Notes: a model not told the origin generated them from the sequence alone. DNA of 24,000 nucleotides from an uncultured Chloroflexia bacterium (GCA_963754615.1 CAVWGW010000014.1:210589-234588), one strand, 5' to 3'. Shown: positions 1 through 9,983, counted from the stretch's first letter. Made by a program: numbers and translations.

Positions 1-2236
1 GCTCAGCAAAGAGGCTGCGGATCTGGTCAAAAAGGCCCGTGTAAGTACCCGGGTTCGAGCGCGGTGTCCGCCCGATGGGTGACTGGTCGATATTGATGAT
101 CTTATCGATATGCTCCATCCCATCGATGCGATCATAATCGCCGGGTTGGGTGTGCGCGCCGTGCAGGTGGCGCGCCAGGGCTTTATACAGGATATCGACC
201 ATCAGGGTAGATTTTCCGGAGCCGGAGACCCCCGTGATGCATACCAGGCGCCCCAGGGGAATGTCGACATGGATGTTCTTCAGGTTATTTTCACGCGCCC
301 CCTCGATGACCAACTTTTTTCCGCTGCCGCTGCGGCGCTGCTCAGGGATAGGCACGCGCAAGCGACCTGACATATAAGCGCCAGTCAATGAATCAGCATT
401 CTGTAAGATGTCGTCGACTGTACCCTGTGCAACCACTTCGCCACCGTGCTCTCCGGCACCGGGACCCAGGTCGAGGACCCAATCCGCGGAACGGATGGTC
501 TCTTCATCGTGCTCGACGACCAGCACCGTATTGCCCAGGTCGCGCAGCCCTTTGAGGGTTTGCAGCAAGCGGTTGTTGTCGCGCGGGTGCAGGCCGATGG
601 AGGGCTCATCCAAGACGTAGAGCACCCCCATCAAGCGCGAGCCGATCTGGGTAGCCAGGCGGATGCGCTGTGCTTCGCCGCCGGAGAGCGAGGCAGCCGT
701 GCGCTGGAGGGTGAGGTAATCGAGGCCAACATTGACCAGGAAGCCCAGGCGGGAATCGATCTCTTTCAGGATGCGCTCAGCAATCGTCTTTTGGCGCGCA
801 TTGAGCGGTGATTCTGCAGGGTCGTTCAAACGGTGGACCCAGGCCAGCGTGCGCAGGACAGGCCACTCGGTGATCTGGACGATATTGACCTCGTCGACCG
901 TTACAGCTAATGCCTCTTTACGAAGACGCTTTCCTTCGCAGACCGGGCAGACCCGCTCGCTCATCACCTCGGAGATCTTCTCGCGCATGAACTCCGAGCC
1001 GGACTCGTTATAACGACGCATCAGGTTGGGCAGGATGCCCTCGAAAGGGGTGCGGAAGGTGGCTTGTCGGCCATCTTTGCCGGTATAGTGAACCGTCACT
1101 TCGCGTCCCTGCGAGCCATACAAGATCACATCCATTTTTTCGGGAGGCAGGGATGCGGTTGGTGCGCTCAAATCGATATGAAACTCATGCGCCACGGCCT
1201 CCAACATCGACCAGTAGTAGCCACCCTCCTCGCGCTGGTTGCCCCATTCTGACATGACGATGGCGCCTTCACTCAGCGATAAGCTGGGGTCAGGGATGAG
1301 CAGGTCGGGGTCGATCTCCAGCTTGCCGCCCAGACCCTGGCACTCCGGACAGGCGCCGTGGGGAGTGTTGAAGGAGAAGGTGCGCGGCTCAATCTCTGGC
1401 AGCACAGAGCCGTGCTCCGGGCAAGCCAGATGCTCTGAAAAATGAAAGTCCTTGCCTTCCTGCTTGGGTTCTTCCGGGTTTTCGGATGCAGATGGCAGCA
1501 AGTAGGCGGTCAGATAACCTTCGCCAAACTTCAGCGCGGTCTCAACCAAGTCGGTCAGGCGCGTACGGAACGCATCGGCCTCACTCTTTTCTTCAAAGTG
1601 GCGGATGACCAGCCTGTCCACGACCGCCTCGATGGTATGCATCTTATAGCGATCCATCTCAATGTCTTCATCCAGCTCATGGACCTGTCCATCGATCCGG
1701 GCGCGGGTGAATCCGACCTTGCGGATTTCTTCCAGGACGGCCTGGTGGGTGCCCTTTCGGCCGCGCACCAGGGGAGAAAGGATCAAGAGGCGCGCCTCAT
1801 CGGGCAAGTTCTCGATTTCATCCACGATCTCCTGGGCAGATTGGCGGGCGACCTGCCTGCCGCATTCGGGGCAGTGTGGGATGCCGGCACGGGCAAACAG
1901 GAGGCGGAGGTAATCGTAAATCTCTGTGACAGTGCCTACGGTGGAGCGCGGGTTGTGCGAGACACCCTTCTGGTCGATTGAGACGGCAGGAGAGAGACCT
2001 TCGATGGTATCGACATCGGGTTTTTCCATTTGCCCCAGGAATTGGCGGGCATAAGCGGAGAGGGATTCGACGTAGCGGCGCTGACCTTCAGCAAAAATGG
2101 TATCGAAGGCGAGGGACGATTTTCCCGAGCCGGACAAGCCGGTGATAACGACCAGCTTGTCGCGGGGGATCTCGACGGTGATATTTTTTAAATTGTGGAC
2201 GCGGGCGCCCACAACGCGGATGACATTCGATGACAT
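1..2236 (-). CDS. uvrA: Excinuclease ABC subunit A (UvrA), first ~745 codons; 3' end runs off the window at position 1
   Basis: Own translation of the minus strand from ATG 2236..2234: [66 protein letters not shown]... It carries Walker [10 protein letters not shown], zinc-finger Cys pairs ([20 protein letters not shown]), the ABC signature LSGGEAQR and a second Walker [10 protein letters not shown]. The frame stays open for all 2236 nt. It is absent from the ORF track because no stop lies inside the window. Confidence 0.95.
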   Translation of the reverse strand, partial: MSSNVIRVVGARVHNLKNITVEIPRDKLVVITGLSGSGKSSLAFDTIFAEGQRRYVESLSAYARQFLGQMEKPDVDTIEGLSPAVSIDQKGVSHNPRSTVGTVTEIYDYLRLLFARAGIPHCPECGRQVARQSAQEIVDEIENLPDEARLLILSPLVRGRKGTHQAVLEEIRKVGFTRARIDGQVHELDEDIEMDRYKMHTIEAVVDRLVIRHFEEKSEADAFRTRLTDLVETALKFGEGYLTAYLLPSASENPEEPKQEGKDFHFSEHLACPEHGSVLPEIEPRTFSFNTPHGACPECQGLGGKLEIDPDLLIPDPSLSLSEGAIVMSEWGNQREEGGYYWSMLEAVAHEFHIDLSAPTASLPPEKMDVILYGSQGREVTVHYTGKDGRQATFRTPFEGILPNLMRRYNESGSEFMREKISEVMSERVCPVCEGKRLRKEALAVTVDEVNIVQITEWPVLRTLAWVHRLNDPAESPLNARQKTIAERILKEIDSRLGFLVNVGLDYLTLQRTAASLSGGEAQRIRLATQIGSRLMGVLYVLDEPSIGLHPRDNNRLLQTLKGLRDLGNTVLVVEHDEETIRSADWVLDLGPGAGEHGGEVVAQGTVDDILQNADSLTGAYMSGRLRVPIPEQRRSGSGKKLVIEGARENNLKNIHVDIPLGRLVCITGVSGSGKSTLMVDILYKALARHLHGAHTQPGDYDRIDGMEHIDKIINIDQSPIGRTPRSNPGTYTGLFDQIRSLFAE

Positions 2237-2392
2237 AGGATTCTACCTGGCGATCAGATTTATGGAACAGGCGAATAAATATTATACCAATCCCAGGGGA
2301 TTTGTTTCGTTAAAAAAACAAAGGAGAACAAATCGAGTCCGCTAATCTTCACCAATCTTCACGAATGAGGGGATAATGGGCAGAGACCTTAG

Positions 2393-2923
2393 CTAGTTGG
2401 CAGAAGCAATTTCGGTTAGCTTCTGAAGAATGCTCTGCAGTTCCTTGGGCAGCTCCGTGGTGCCATCTTCCACCATGGTGATGGTTTTCTCTTTTCCAGC
2501 CTGCTCGAAGGTGAGCTTATAGGTAAAACAATCTCGGCAGTCCGATGAATTACCATACGCTTCATCGAAGCTGGAAAAATCGAGCTGGTTTATTTCGTCA
2601 ATGAGCGCAGATACTTCATCGGCCGGAGCCGATATTTTTTGACCCTGGCTGTCAAGCACGCGGCCGCCGGATTCGACTTTCACAGATTGGCTGATCCCCG
2701 CAAAACCGCCGCTGCGAGAGTAGGTCAAAGTCCAAGGGGATTGTCCGCTTTTCGGTCCGGAGGCGCTCGGTTCCGGCGCGCTGGTGGTTGGCTTGGGAAC
2801 AGGCGAAGTGGGGAAGAGGTGATCCGTCTCTTGAGCGGGTAGGGTTGATTGCGCTGAAATGGGAAGACAAGCAGTGATAAAAGCGATAACCAAACATAGG
2901 GCTAATAGGCGGACAGGTTTCAT
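2393..2923 (-). CDS. Secreted lipoprotein of unknown function; C-terminal half resembles emfourin-type RSGGFAG proteins
   Basis: 176-aa ORF. N-terminus MKPVRLLALCLVIAFITAC has a basic n-region, a hydrophobic core and a lipobox-like ITAC. A Pro/Ser/Thr-rich linker is followed by the core TYSRSGGFAGISQSVKV...DCFTYKLTF. AAGGA lies ~12 nt upstream of the ATG. Confidence 0.75.
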   Translation of the reverse strand: MKPVRLLALCLVIAFITACLPISAQSTLPAQETDHLFPTSPVPKPTTSAPEPSASGPKSGQSPWTLTYSRSGGFAGISQSVKVESGGRVLDSQGQKISAPADEVSALIDEINQLDFSSFDEAYGNSSDCRDCFTYKLTFEQAGKEKTITMVEDGTTELPKELQSILQKLTEIASAN

Positions 2924-3215
2924 ATTAAATTCATTCCTTTATCTTGTTAACGCCAATCCGCTTGATTAGTTCCAGGTGGGATTAAGCTTATTCACGAATA
3001 TTAGCTCCAAGGATAAAAAGCGTTTAGAGTAAGCTTCTGACTTTGCCAACAGGCTCAGCCCTTGCACGATCGTTCAGATCCAAAGATGCAGTACTGCTTT
3101 AAAAAAGCTTGTTCCTTACAACTCATGCATGCGACTTTTCTAAGAACCATAGATAGTCCGTTTCGAGTGATCCCAAACCCCTAATACCATAAAGGGAGAA
3201 TAGAATGCTCATTAA

Positions 3216-3251
3216 CCTCACAGGATTTCGAGTAATTGAAATCCTGTGAGG
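3216..3251. repeat. Perfect 14-bp inverted repeat (hairpin) in a 430-bp intergenic region
   Basis: cctcacaggatttc (3216-3229) / 8-nt loop / gaaatcctgtgagg (3238-3251) are exact reverse complements. On the + strand it is followed by tttcgtt. It overlaps a 14-codon micro-ORF (3205-3249). Confidence 0.5.
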
Positions 3252-3281
3252 TTTCGTTCCACCCACCTGCCTCAAGTGTGC

Positions 3282-3324
3282 CATAAAATATACAAAGCGG
3301 GCGTTCTACAGGAACGCCCGCTTT
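3282..3324 (-). terminator. Rho-independent terminator of the META/PKD lipoprotein gene
   Basis: Perfect 13-bp stem aaagcgggcgttc (3294-3306) / gaacgcccgcttt (3312-3324) with a 5-nt loop, starting ~30 nt after the stop at 3353. On the minus strand it is followed by the T-rich gtatattttatgg. Confidence 0.65.
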
Positions 3325-3352
3325 GAAATCATTCATTCCTCACCGAATGAGG

Positions 3353-6300
3353 CTATCGAGTCCCAATCTCGAAGAAAGTTAATGTACCTTCCTGATATGG
3401 TTGGTTATCCGGACCAACACCTGCTGGATATGACAAACTAAGCATGTTTTCTCTGAGCTGTGCCGAGGTGATTGTTTTCAGGAAGGTCAGATAATAGGCC
3501 TCCTGATCCATGATATCCGGCGGGCAGGCTAGCCTGCTAGTCGTCAGATCAGAGATCACCACAGAATAGGATCCATCTTCATTGAGAGATGCTTCGTAAC
3601 GAGCTGTGTATGTATTGCAGCCCGCAAACCCGGCGATGTCCGCTGACAGGAACTGCAGTGTAATTGCTGTTCCGGGAACCAATGGGTTGTTTTGCAGATT
3701 GTCAAGCGACCAGGCGAGCGGAGTATCCAACCGGGTGGTAACAGCGACCTGAAGAGTCGCACTGCTGCTCAATCCATCTGCATCCGAGACTACGACGCTA
3801 ACCTGAAATACGCCAGTTCGGTTGTAGAGCGTTGTCTGGGTGGGATTCGCATCCGGACCAGCAGTCATCCCATCACCAAAGTTCCATGTATAACTGGCGA
3901 TCGGCTTACTTCCTGGGGTAGAGGAAGAGGCATCAAATATTGCCGGTTCACCGAGGAATACCTGGCTGGGCCCCTGGATAGACGCCTCGGGAGGGGTTAG
4001 TTCTTCAGGAGGTTGGGGTGTCGGGGTTGGTTCTCCGGGTGGCAATGGGGTGGGTGTCTCCTGAGGCGGTTGGGTTGGTTCGGGGGTCGGTTGTACGTAG
4101 GCAGATATTTTGATATCTAGGGTGCTGGAGCTAGATCGATTATTCTGGTCAGTTACGGTAAGCTTCACCCGATATGAACCCGGCTGAGTATAAACATATT
4201 GCACAACCGCACCAGAGCCGCTGCCACCATCGCCGAAATCCCATCGGTAGGATGTAATCAACAATGGACTTGTGGAGGCTGTTCCATCAAAGGTTACTAC
4301 CTGACTTACTTGCGCCTGGCTTGGTCCTTTGATCACCGCCTGCGGCGGCTGGATTTCAGCCGGTCTGTTGTGTGGGGTGAGAGAGTAGTTTAAGACACCA
4401 TTATCTCCAACGATCTGCATCGCAGTGTCTGCAATCTGATAGGTGCGGGCTGATCCAAGGATATTCAGGATGGCTTGCTCCTGGGCTTGGAGTGCATTAT
4501 CAGTACAGGCGCTTTGAGAATTACTTAGCGATGAGATCGTAATTTGATTAATGTTTGTCTGATAACTTCCGTTCAGGTTGTTACAGCCGGTAAAGCCGAT
4601 GAAAGTGCCATCGGGATTGAATAAAATAAATGGTTCTTGCGTTCCAGGAACAGAGTAAGTGCTACCGTAAGAAATCAGGAACCAGTTCTTTGAAATGAGT
4701 AAGTGAGTCTGATCGCTAGATTGCGGTGGCACTACTCTGCGGTAGGTCAATGTGCCTTGACCGGTGTTAATAATCAGTTGGTTGCCGGTGAGCCAATAAC
4801 CGAAAGACCGTGAAAGAGCCTGCAAATAGGTCGATTCCTGATCCATCACACCTGCTGGGCTGCCACAGCTTTGTTTACTGCTCAGTGTGGACTGCATTCC
4901 CAGATCTTCGCCAAAAATAGCTTGATAGGTATTACAGCCTGCATTGCCGTTCATGCTGCCAGAAGCGCCATCTGGATTGATGGTGAATGTAGCATTGATG
5001 GAGGTTCCTGGCAGGGTTTGCTGGTTGTTGATATACCACAAGAACCATTGAGTGTTGTTCAAGTCGCTTAGCGGTTGTCGTACTGCCACTTCAAGTTGAG
5101 TGCCTTCGAAAACTAACGCCTGACGGTCGTCATCATAGGGAATGGTCAGCGTGTTGCCTTCGATGCGGTAAGTGGAGGCATTATTGAGCGCCAGGAAGTA
5201 GGTTTGCTCTTGATCCACCAAACCAGGTACACAGGATTTGCTTTCAGTGGAAACTGGTGGGTTGATCTTGATTTCATCCAATGAGGCAGCGTAGGCTGCC
5301 GAATATTCATTACAACCCGTTGTTCCTGCCATTACCCCAGATGGAGCCACTGCATTGCGCATGAATTGTGCGCTGAAGTTGCTGCCTGTAACCGGATACT
5401 GGGGATCTTTGATATCTCCAAGGGCTACCAAACTCCATAAAGCGCCTTCGAGAGGAGTTCGATTTGCTAAAAAGTTAAGGGTGCCCTTTTCGGTTGACAA
5501 TATCAGATTGCCACCGATAACTTGATAGGATTGAGCTGTTTGTATGGCTGCCAGATAGGTGGACTCGACTTCCATCAATTTCTCTTCGCACATCATCTTC
5601 GTGGAAGCAGGCATCCCGATGGTGATATTGTCATTTTCCAAAGCATAGTCCGCAAAATACCGGTTGCATCCTGCTGAGCCGCTAACCGTACCCTGGCTTG
5701 CTTCTTCACCTGGAACGAAAGAGGCTGTGATCTCCGTATCTTCCGCCAGAGGGGTCGAGTCAATCGATACAAGCGTCCACAGGGTATATTCGAAGGGGAG
5801 CTTGACCGAGGAAAAGTTAAGCACACTCGCGCCATCATCATAAGTTATGCTGAGCTCTCTTCCTGTAATACTGTATTTTTGCGCCTTGCCCAATGCGGTC
5901 AGGAAAGCTGCTTCTTCCTCCATACCGGTCGGGCAGGCCATCATCGTAGAGCCAGGTTCGGTGATGGTTATTTGATCCTCTTCCGTAGTGTACTCAGCAA
6001 AGAATCTGTTGCAGCCTGAGTTTCCACTCACCAGACCGTCAGTTGAGAAATCCGCAGTGATGATCACTCCAGGGGTGACTGGTGTGGGTGAATTCAGATC
6101 ACCAGAAGAAACCAGCACCCAGGTAGCATCTGTAAGGTTGATTTGCCCCTTGATATACACCAGCTGCTGCTCTTGGTCGGATGCATCGGTATATTTTATG
6201 ATAAGACGACCTTCAGCCGAGAAATTGAAATTAGTGGCCTTTTGAAGTGCAGCTAAATAAGCTGCCTCTAATTCCATTCCTTGGTCGCAAAACATCGCTG

Positions 6301-6691
6301 TTGTCCCCATTAAGCCAATTGTTAACGTTCCATCTGGCGAGGCCTCGTAAGGACCAAAATAATTATTGCACCCGGCATTCCCGTTTAGTTGCCAGTCGGC
6401 GGTAAACTCGGCCGTGATTTTAGTACCCTGTGGCACAACGGTTAGATTGTCGGGATTACCGTAACCTACCAAGACCCACTGGGTATTGAAGAGTTGTTCC
6501 ACTGGTACTTCAGGAGCCGCGGTTGGAGGTATGGGGGTGGAAGTAGGCGGTACAATCGTCGGTGTATCGGTAGGAGTTGGGGTGGAACATGCAGAAAGTA
6601 TGACTATTCCAATCAAAAGAAATGCAAATAATCCGTTTTTTGATAATCTTTTAAACATTGTGAATATTGAAATTAACAAGCGTAACAGCAT
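3353..6691 (-). CDS. Large lipoprotein with seven META (HslJ-like) domains and two PKD domains
   Basis: The ORF is open to 6727. I prefer ATG 6691 because AGGAGA lies 6 nt upstream; ATG 6658 is also possible. Signal peptide ...FAFLLIGIVILSAC with a lipobox Cys. The G-x-x-GCN-x-(Y/F) motif recurs seven times (GNAGCNNYFGPY, GNSGCNRFFAEY, GSAGCNRYFADY, GTTGCNEYSAAY, GNAGCNTYQAIF, GFTGCNNLNGSY, GFAGCNTYTARY), each followed by a second Cys ~25 residues later. PKD signatures are YRWDFGDGGSG...YRVKLTVTD (nt ~4100-4342) and YTWNFGDGMT...FQVSVVVSD (nt ~3740-3985), separated by a PT-rich linker. Confidence 0.9.
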   Translation of the reverse strand: MLLRLLISIFTMFKRLSKNGLFAFLLIGIVILSACSTPTPTDTPTIVPPTSTPIPPTAAPEVPVEQLFNTQWVLVGYGNPDNLTVVPQGTKITAEFTADWQLNGNAGCNNYFGPYEASPDGTLTIGLMGTTAMFCDQGMELEAAYLAALQKATNFNFSAEGRLIIKYTDASDQEQQLVYIKGQINLTDATWVLVSSGDLNSPTPVTPGVIITADFSTDGLVSGNSGCNRFFAEYTTEEDQITITEPGSTMMACPTGMEEEAAFLTALGKAQKYSITGRELSITYDDGASVLNFSSVKLPFEYTLWTLVSIDSTPLAEDTEITASFVPGEEASQGTVSGSAGCNRYFADYALENDNITIGMPASTKMMCEEKLMEVESTYLAAIQTAQSYQVIGGNLILSTEKGTLNFLANRTPLEGALWSLVALGDIKDPQYPVTGSNFSAQFMRNAVAPSGVMAGTTGCNEYSAAYAASLDEIKINPPVSTESKSCVPGLVDQEQTYFLALNNASTYRIEGNTLTIPYDDDRQALVFEGTQLEVAVRQPLSDLNNTQWFLWYINNQQTLPGTSINATFTINPDGASGSMNGNAGCNTYQAIFGEDLGMQSTLSSKQSCGSPAGVMDQESTYLQALSRSFGYWLTGNQLIINTGQGTLTYRRVVPPQSSDQTHLLISKNWFLISYGSTYSVPGTQEPFILFNPDGTFIGFTGCNNLNGSYQTNINQITISSLSNSQSACTDNALQAQEQAILNILGSARTYQIADTAMQIVGDNGVLNYSLTPHNRPAEIQPPQAVIKGPSQAQVSQVVTFDGTASTSPLLITSYRWDFGDGGSGSGAVVQYVYTQPGSYRVKLTVTDQNNRSSSSTLDIKISAYVQPTPEPTQPPQETPTPLPPGEPTPTPQPPEELTPPEASIQGPSQVFLGEPAIFDASSSTPGSKPIASYTWNFGDGMTAGPDANPTQTTLYNRTGVFQVSVVVSDADGLSSSATLQVAVTTRLDTPLAWSLDNLQNNPLVPGTAITLQFLSADIAGFAGCNTYTARYEASLNEDGSYSVVISDLTTSRLACPPDIMDQEAYYLTFLKTITSAQLRENMLSLSYPAGVGPDNQPYQEGTLTFFEIGTR

Positions 6692-6940
6692 GATCTTTCT
6701 CCTGATTTGAAATAGGTAATTACCCAAATTGATTTAATGGATTTTTTGATTATACACTAAAAATTTGGCTAATTTTCTGGCCGAGTCACGGTAATTCCCC
6801 ATGAGCCAAATTTGAGCTAGAATGCCTACAATTCGATATGATATAATCGCCGCAGCTTAAACTTCAGTAATGGCTTATCATCAAAATGGCAATCAAGCAA
6901 AAAATCAACCTTTCTTCCTTATGCTGATTTTTTAGCCATC

Positions 6941-8434
6941 GTGATTGTCATGCTAGCCGTAGAGTTCGCGCCTCCCTTCTTACGTATCCTGGGTTCCAAA
7001 ACCTGGACGACCCTGAATATCACAGAAGGACAGTGGTCTATCTTCATGGCCTCCCGCGGTCTATTTTTCATCATTTTTATATTGACATCAGGGGTAATGG
7101 GTGATTTGTATGGCAGGCGCCGGGTGCTTCTGCTCCTTCTGGTTGCATTCATGTTTTGTGTGCCCATTTTGATGCTCAACCCCCCACTTAGCAGCGTCTT
7201 CGCCATCACTTACACGCTTTGGGCGATCTTAGGCGTGATGATCCGCACGCTGTGCGTCACATTTTTGATCTTGAAATACGAAGGCCGCCAGCGTATCCTA
7301 GCGCTAGTTGTCTATTCTATACTCAGCGGCGCTGCCTTCCTCCTTTCCCCTTTATTAGCTTCGACACTCAAACAATCTGGAAGCTTTAATTCTGTATTTA
7401 TTGCCCCACTGCTGCTGACCTTGCTCGCGTTCGTCTCGGTGAAGAAATATCTTCCAGAAAGCCGCATTTCCGATGATTTCTTTCGCCTTGATGCGATTGC
7501 CCTGGCAATCTGGACCTTTGGTGTATGCTTGATGATCTATGCCGGACTGCTCTCGGGGTCATTGGGGTGGACCAGTCCAATCGTTCTGGTCGGGTTGGGA
7601 ATTGGCAGCGCTGTGATATTAATGATGAGCTGGCTCTCGGGCAAGCCCTTATCCCAAAAATGGCGGTTCAACTTGCACTATGATCGCCGGCTCAGTATTG
7701 CGATTTTTGCGGGTGTGGTCCTCTACCTGGCACTATTCGCAATTACCGTCCAGGTTTTCAACTTTATGAACAGGGTACAGAATATAAATTCCATAATTTC
7801 AGGCATTGCATTGGCGCCGGTTTTAGTTGGGGCGCTCATCAGCATACAGTTCACGCGTTTCACCGGCCGCTGGAAGATAGGTCAGGCACTCGCTGTCGGG
7901 TTAGTTCTCACCGGCATACCGGCACTTATATTGTCTTTGGTCCGACTGGATATATCCTATTGGCCATTACTAGCTTGCCTCATTTTACTCGGAGCCGGTT
8001 TCATTCTCGGCAACTCTGCGCGCCTGTTGTTATTATCCGCTGCGGTGCCGCGTAGTCTTACAGCGACAGCACAGTCCATCGGTAGCGCCACTGCCCACCT
8101 GGGAAGCGCCCTGGCTTATTCATTCATGATGACCTTGTTGGAAGGTTTTCGGATGCGCGCTTATGTGCAGACCCTCGAAACTTTCGGATTTAGCGAACTT
8201 CAGATTTTTATCCGGTTGACTACCCTGGCAAGAGCCAGCGAAGATATCTCCATCCTTGCTCCTGTGGAAGAACAAGCCAAGATTCTCCAGCAGATTGATT
8301 ATTGGATTGTACATGCCTATATCACCGGATTGTCTCGTGCGATGCTGGTTTTAGGCTTAGTATGCCTCTTCAGTGCTGCTGTCGTCTACATCGGATTGCG
8401 AAACTATAATCGATATTACGGGCTTGAATCCTGA
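6941..8434 (+). CDS. MFS transporter (multi-TM); the 5' end possibly begins at ATG 6886 across a frame break
   Basis: 497-aa hydrophobic ORF with an MFS motif-A-like GDLYGRRRVLLLL after TM2 and about 12-14 predicted hydrophobic spans. It is called from GTG 6941. The frame is open upstream to 6842 but has no in-frame ATG (see finding). Confidence 0.85.
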   Translation: MIVMLAVEFAPPFLRILGSKTWTTLNITEGQWSIFMASRGLFFIIFILTSGVMGDLYGRRRVLLLLLVAFMFCVPILMLNPPLSSVFAITYTLWAILGVMIRTLCVTFLILKYEGRQRILALVVYSILSGAAFLLSPLLASTLKQSGSFNSVFIAPLLLTLLAFVSVKKYLPESRISDDFFRLDAIALAIWTFGVCLMIYAGLLSGSLGWTSPIVLVGLGIGSAVILMMSWLSGKPLSQKWRFNLHYDRRLSIAIFAGVVLYLALFAITVQVFNFMNRVQNINSIISGIALAPVLVGALISIQFTRFTGRWKIGQALAVGLVLTGIPALILSLVRLDISYWPLLACLILLGAGFILGNSARLLLLSAAVPRSLTATAQSIGSATAHLGSALAYSFMMTLLEGFRMRAYVQTLETFGFSELQIFIRLTTLARASEDISILAPVEEQAKILQQIDYWIVHAYITGLSRAMLVLGLVCLFSAAVVYIGLRNYNRYYGLES

Positions 8435-8452
8435 AAAAGCGCCGAAGCAAAT

Positions 8453-9854
8453 CTAATCCCTGGCTCTTGTATCTTCTCTCCCCTTTTTTGGAGCTTTGTT
8501 CGTAAGTTCGACGGTCATCATCGGATTAGGCAGCTCAATGCCCTCCTGTTCGAGCGCTTGGTAGATCGATTCATTGACCCGATCGGTGCTTCGCCTGGCG
8601 TCGATGTAGGATTCGATCCACCAGCGCACTCGCAAGATCATCGCCGAATCGCCAAATTCCATGAACAGGATATCGACCGGCTTATCCGGAAGGACGCCTT
8701 CCACCCCATCAAGGATTTGGTGATCACCTCGCGGACTTTACGCAGGTCTGTCCCATAAGCCACGCCGATCTCGGTCTGGATACGGTAGCGCGGGTCTGGA
8801 AAGGTGTAGTTGACCACCTGGTTATTGCTGATACTTGAGTTCGGCACAATCACCAGCCGGTTATCGAGTGTGCGGATGCGTGTGCTGCGCAAGCCGATGT
8901 TGACCACATCCCCCCAGGTATTGAGCTCCTGGATCTCAATCCGGTCGCCGACGCGGAAAGGCTGGTCGATCAATATGATCACGCCGCTGATCATATTGGC
9001 AATGGTGTCTTGTGCAGCCAGAGAAATCGCCAGACCGCCGATCCCGATTGCAGTCACCAAGGCCGAGATGTTGAAACCCACATGGTCCAGGATGATGATC
9101 ACGCCAACCAGGACGATCAGGGTGCGCACGGTGCGCTCGCCCAGTAATAAGACAGCTTCTTTGCCGTTTCTTTCTCCATGATCTGTGAATTTCTCCTGGT
9201 ACCACAGGATGAAGATGTCGACCAGCTTCCACAAGCCGATTACAACCAAGGCAACCACAACTGCGTAGTAAATTTGCCCAAGCCATTGCTTGAACGCCGG
9301 GCTGAGGAATTGAAGGCGTGTGGTGGCAATATACATGATGAAAACGCCAAACAGCCATCTCACGTAAGGCCGGATCGCGGCGAGGTACTTCTCGTCATAA
9401 GGCGTAGCGGTTCGCCTGGCAATCTTCATAAGTATAAAGAAAATCAACCTGGCGATCAAAGTCAGGGTCAGGAACACTAGCAAGAGCGAGATCCCCAGGT
9501 TGATCCAATCTGCAACGGATAATCCCAGAGATGTGCGTCTCCTCAAGATTGGTTGCCTCTACGACTTGCTGTACGGTGCCATAGATGACACCCGGCGTAG
9601 CGGTTGGCGCCAGGGTTGGAGCGATCAGGATCTCATCGCTGGTTTCCACCGGCTTGGCTTCTTCCGTCTGGATATTATCATCCGGCGGGATCTCGGTCAT
9701 CGCAGCTGCGCCGCTCACAGTTTGAGTGGGCTCGATCAGTCGCGCCAGATGGAGTTTGCACCTCACCGGTTGAAATCGCCGGTGTGGGAACGCAAGCCGC
9801 CAACCCCAGGGTCAGCAGGACTAGGAACACAGAGGACGCTATATGTGCCTTCAT
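8453..9854 (-). pseudogene. MscS-family mechanosensitive channel with a lipoprotein-type signal peptide; broken by three frame shifts as sequenced
   Basis: Four consecutive minus-strand frames read as one protein. ATG 9854 gives MKAHIASSVFLVLLTLGLAAC.... The 9766 frame gives an acidic/PT linker ending ...GVIYGTVQQVVEATNLEETH. The 9546 frame gives the TM helices plus the MscS core (GIGGLAISLAAQDTIANMISGVIILIDQPFRVGDRIEI...RIRTLDNRLVIVPNS). The 8704 frame gives VEGVLPDKPVDILFMEFGDSAMILRVRWWIESY. The span is 1402 nt; 1402-2+1 = 1401 = 467 codons. Confidence 0.75.
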
Positions 9855-9983
9855 ATGATCTTCATCCTTTTATCATCCGGTATATTAACTGTACTTATTC
9901 CTTTGTACACCTGTACAGTTCTACCATACTTTATGTTTGCTTGCGTTGATTATTACACGCTAGCCATGCGCAATGCGTATACA

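Noticed and set aside
110-2345. Many plus-strand ORFs (e.g. 446..811, 1442..1981, 2097..2345)
   Set aside because: All lie antisense to an uninterrupted, unmistakable uvrA reading frame. Their translations are low-complexity with no motifs, so they are shadow ORFs in G+C-rich DNA.
6692-6727. The longest-ORF start (ATG 6727) for the META lipoprotein
   Set aside because: ATG 6691 has AGGAGA at correct spacing and gives a normal-length signal peptide. The extra 12 residues (MGNYLFQIRRKI) are unnecessary. This is kept as an uncertainty rather than excluded.
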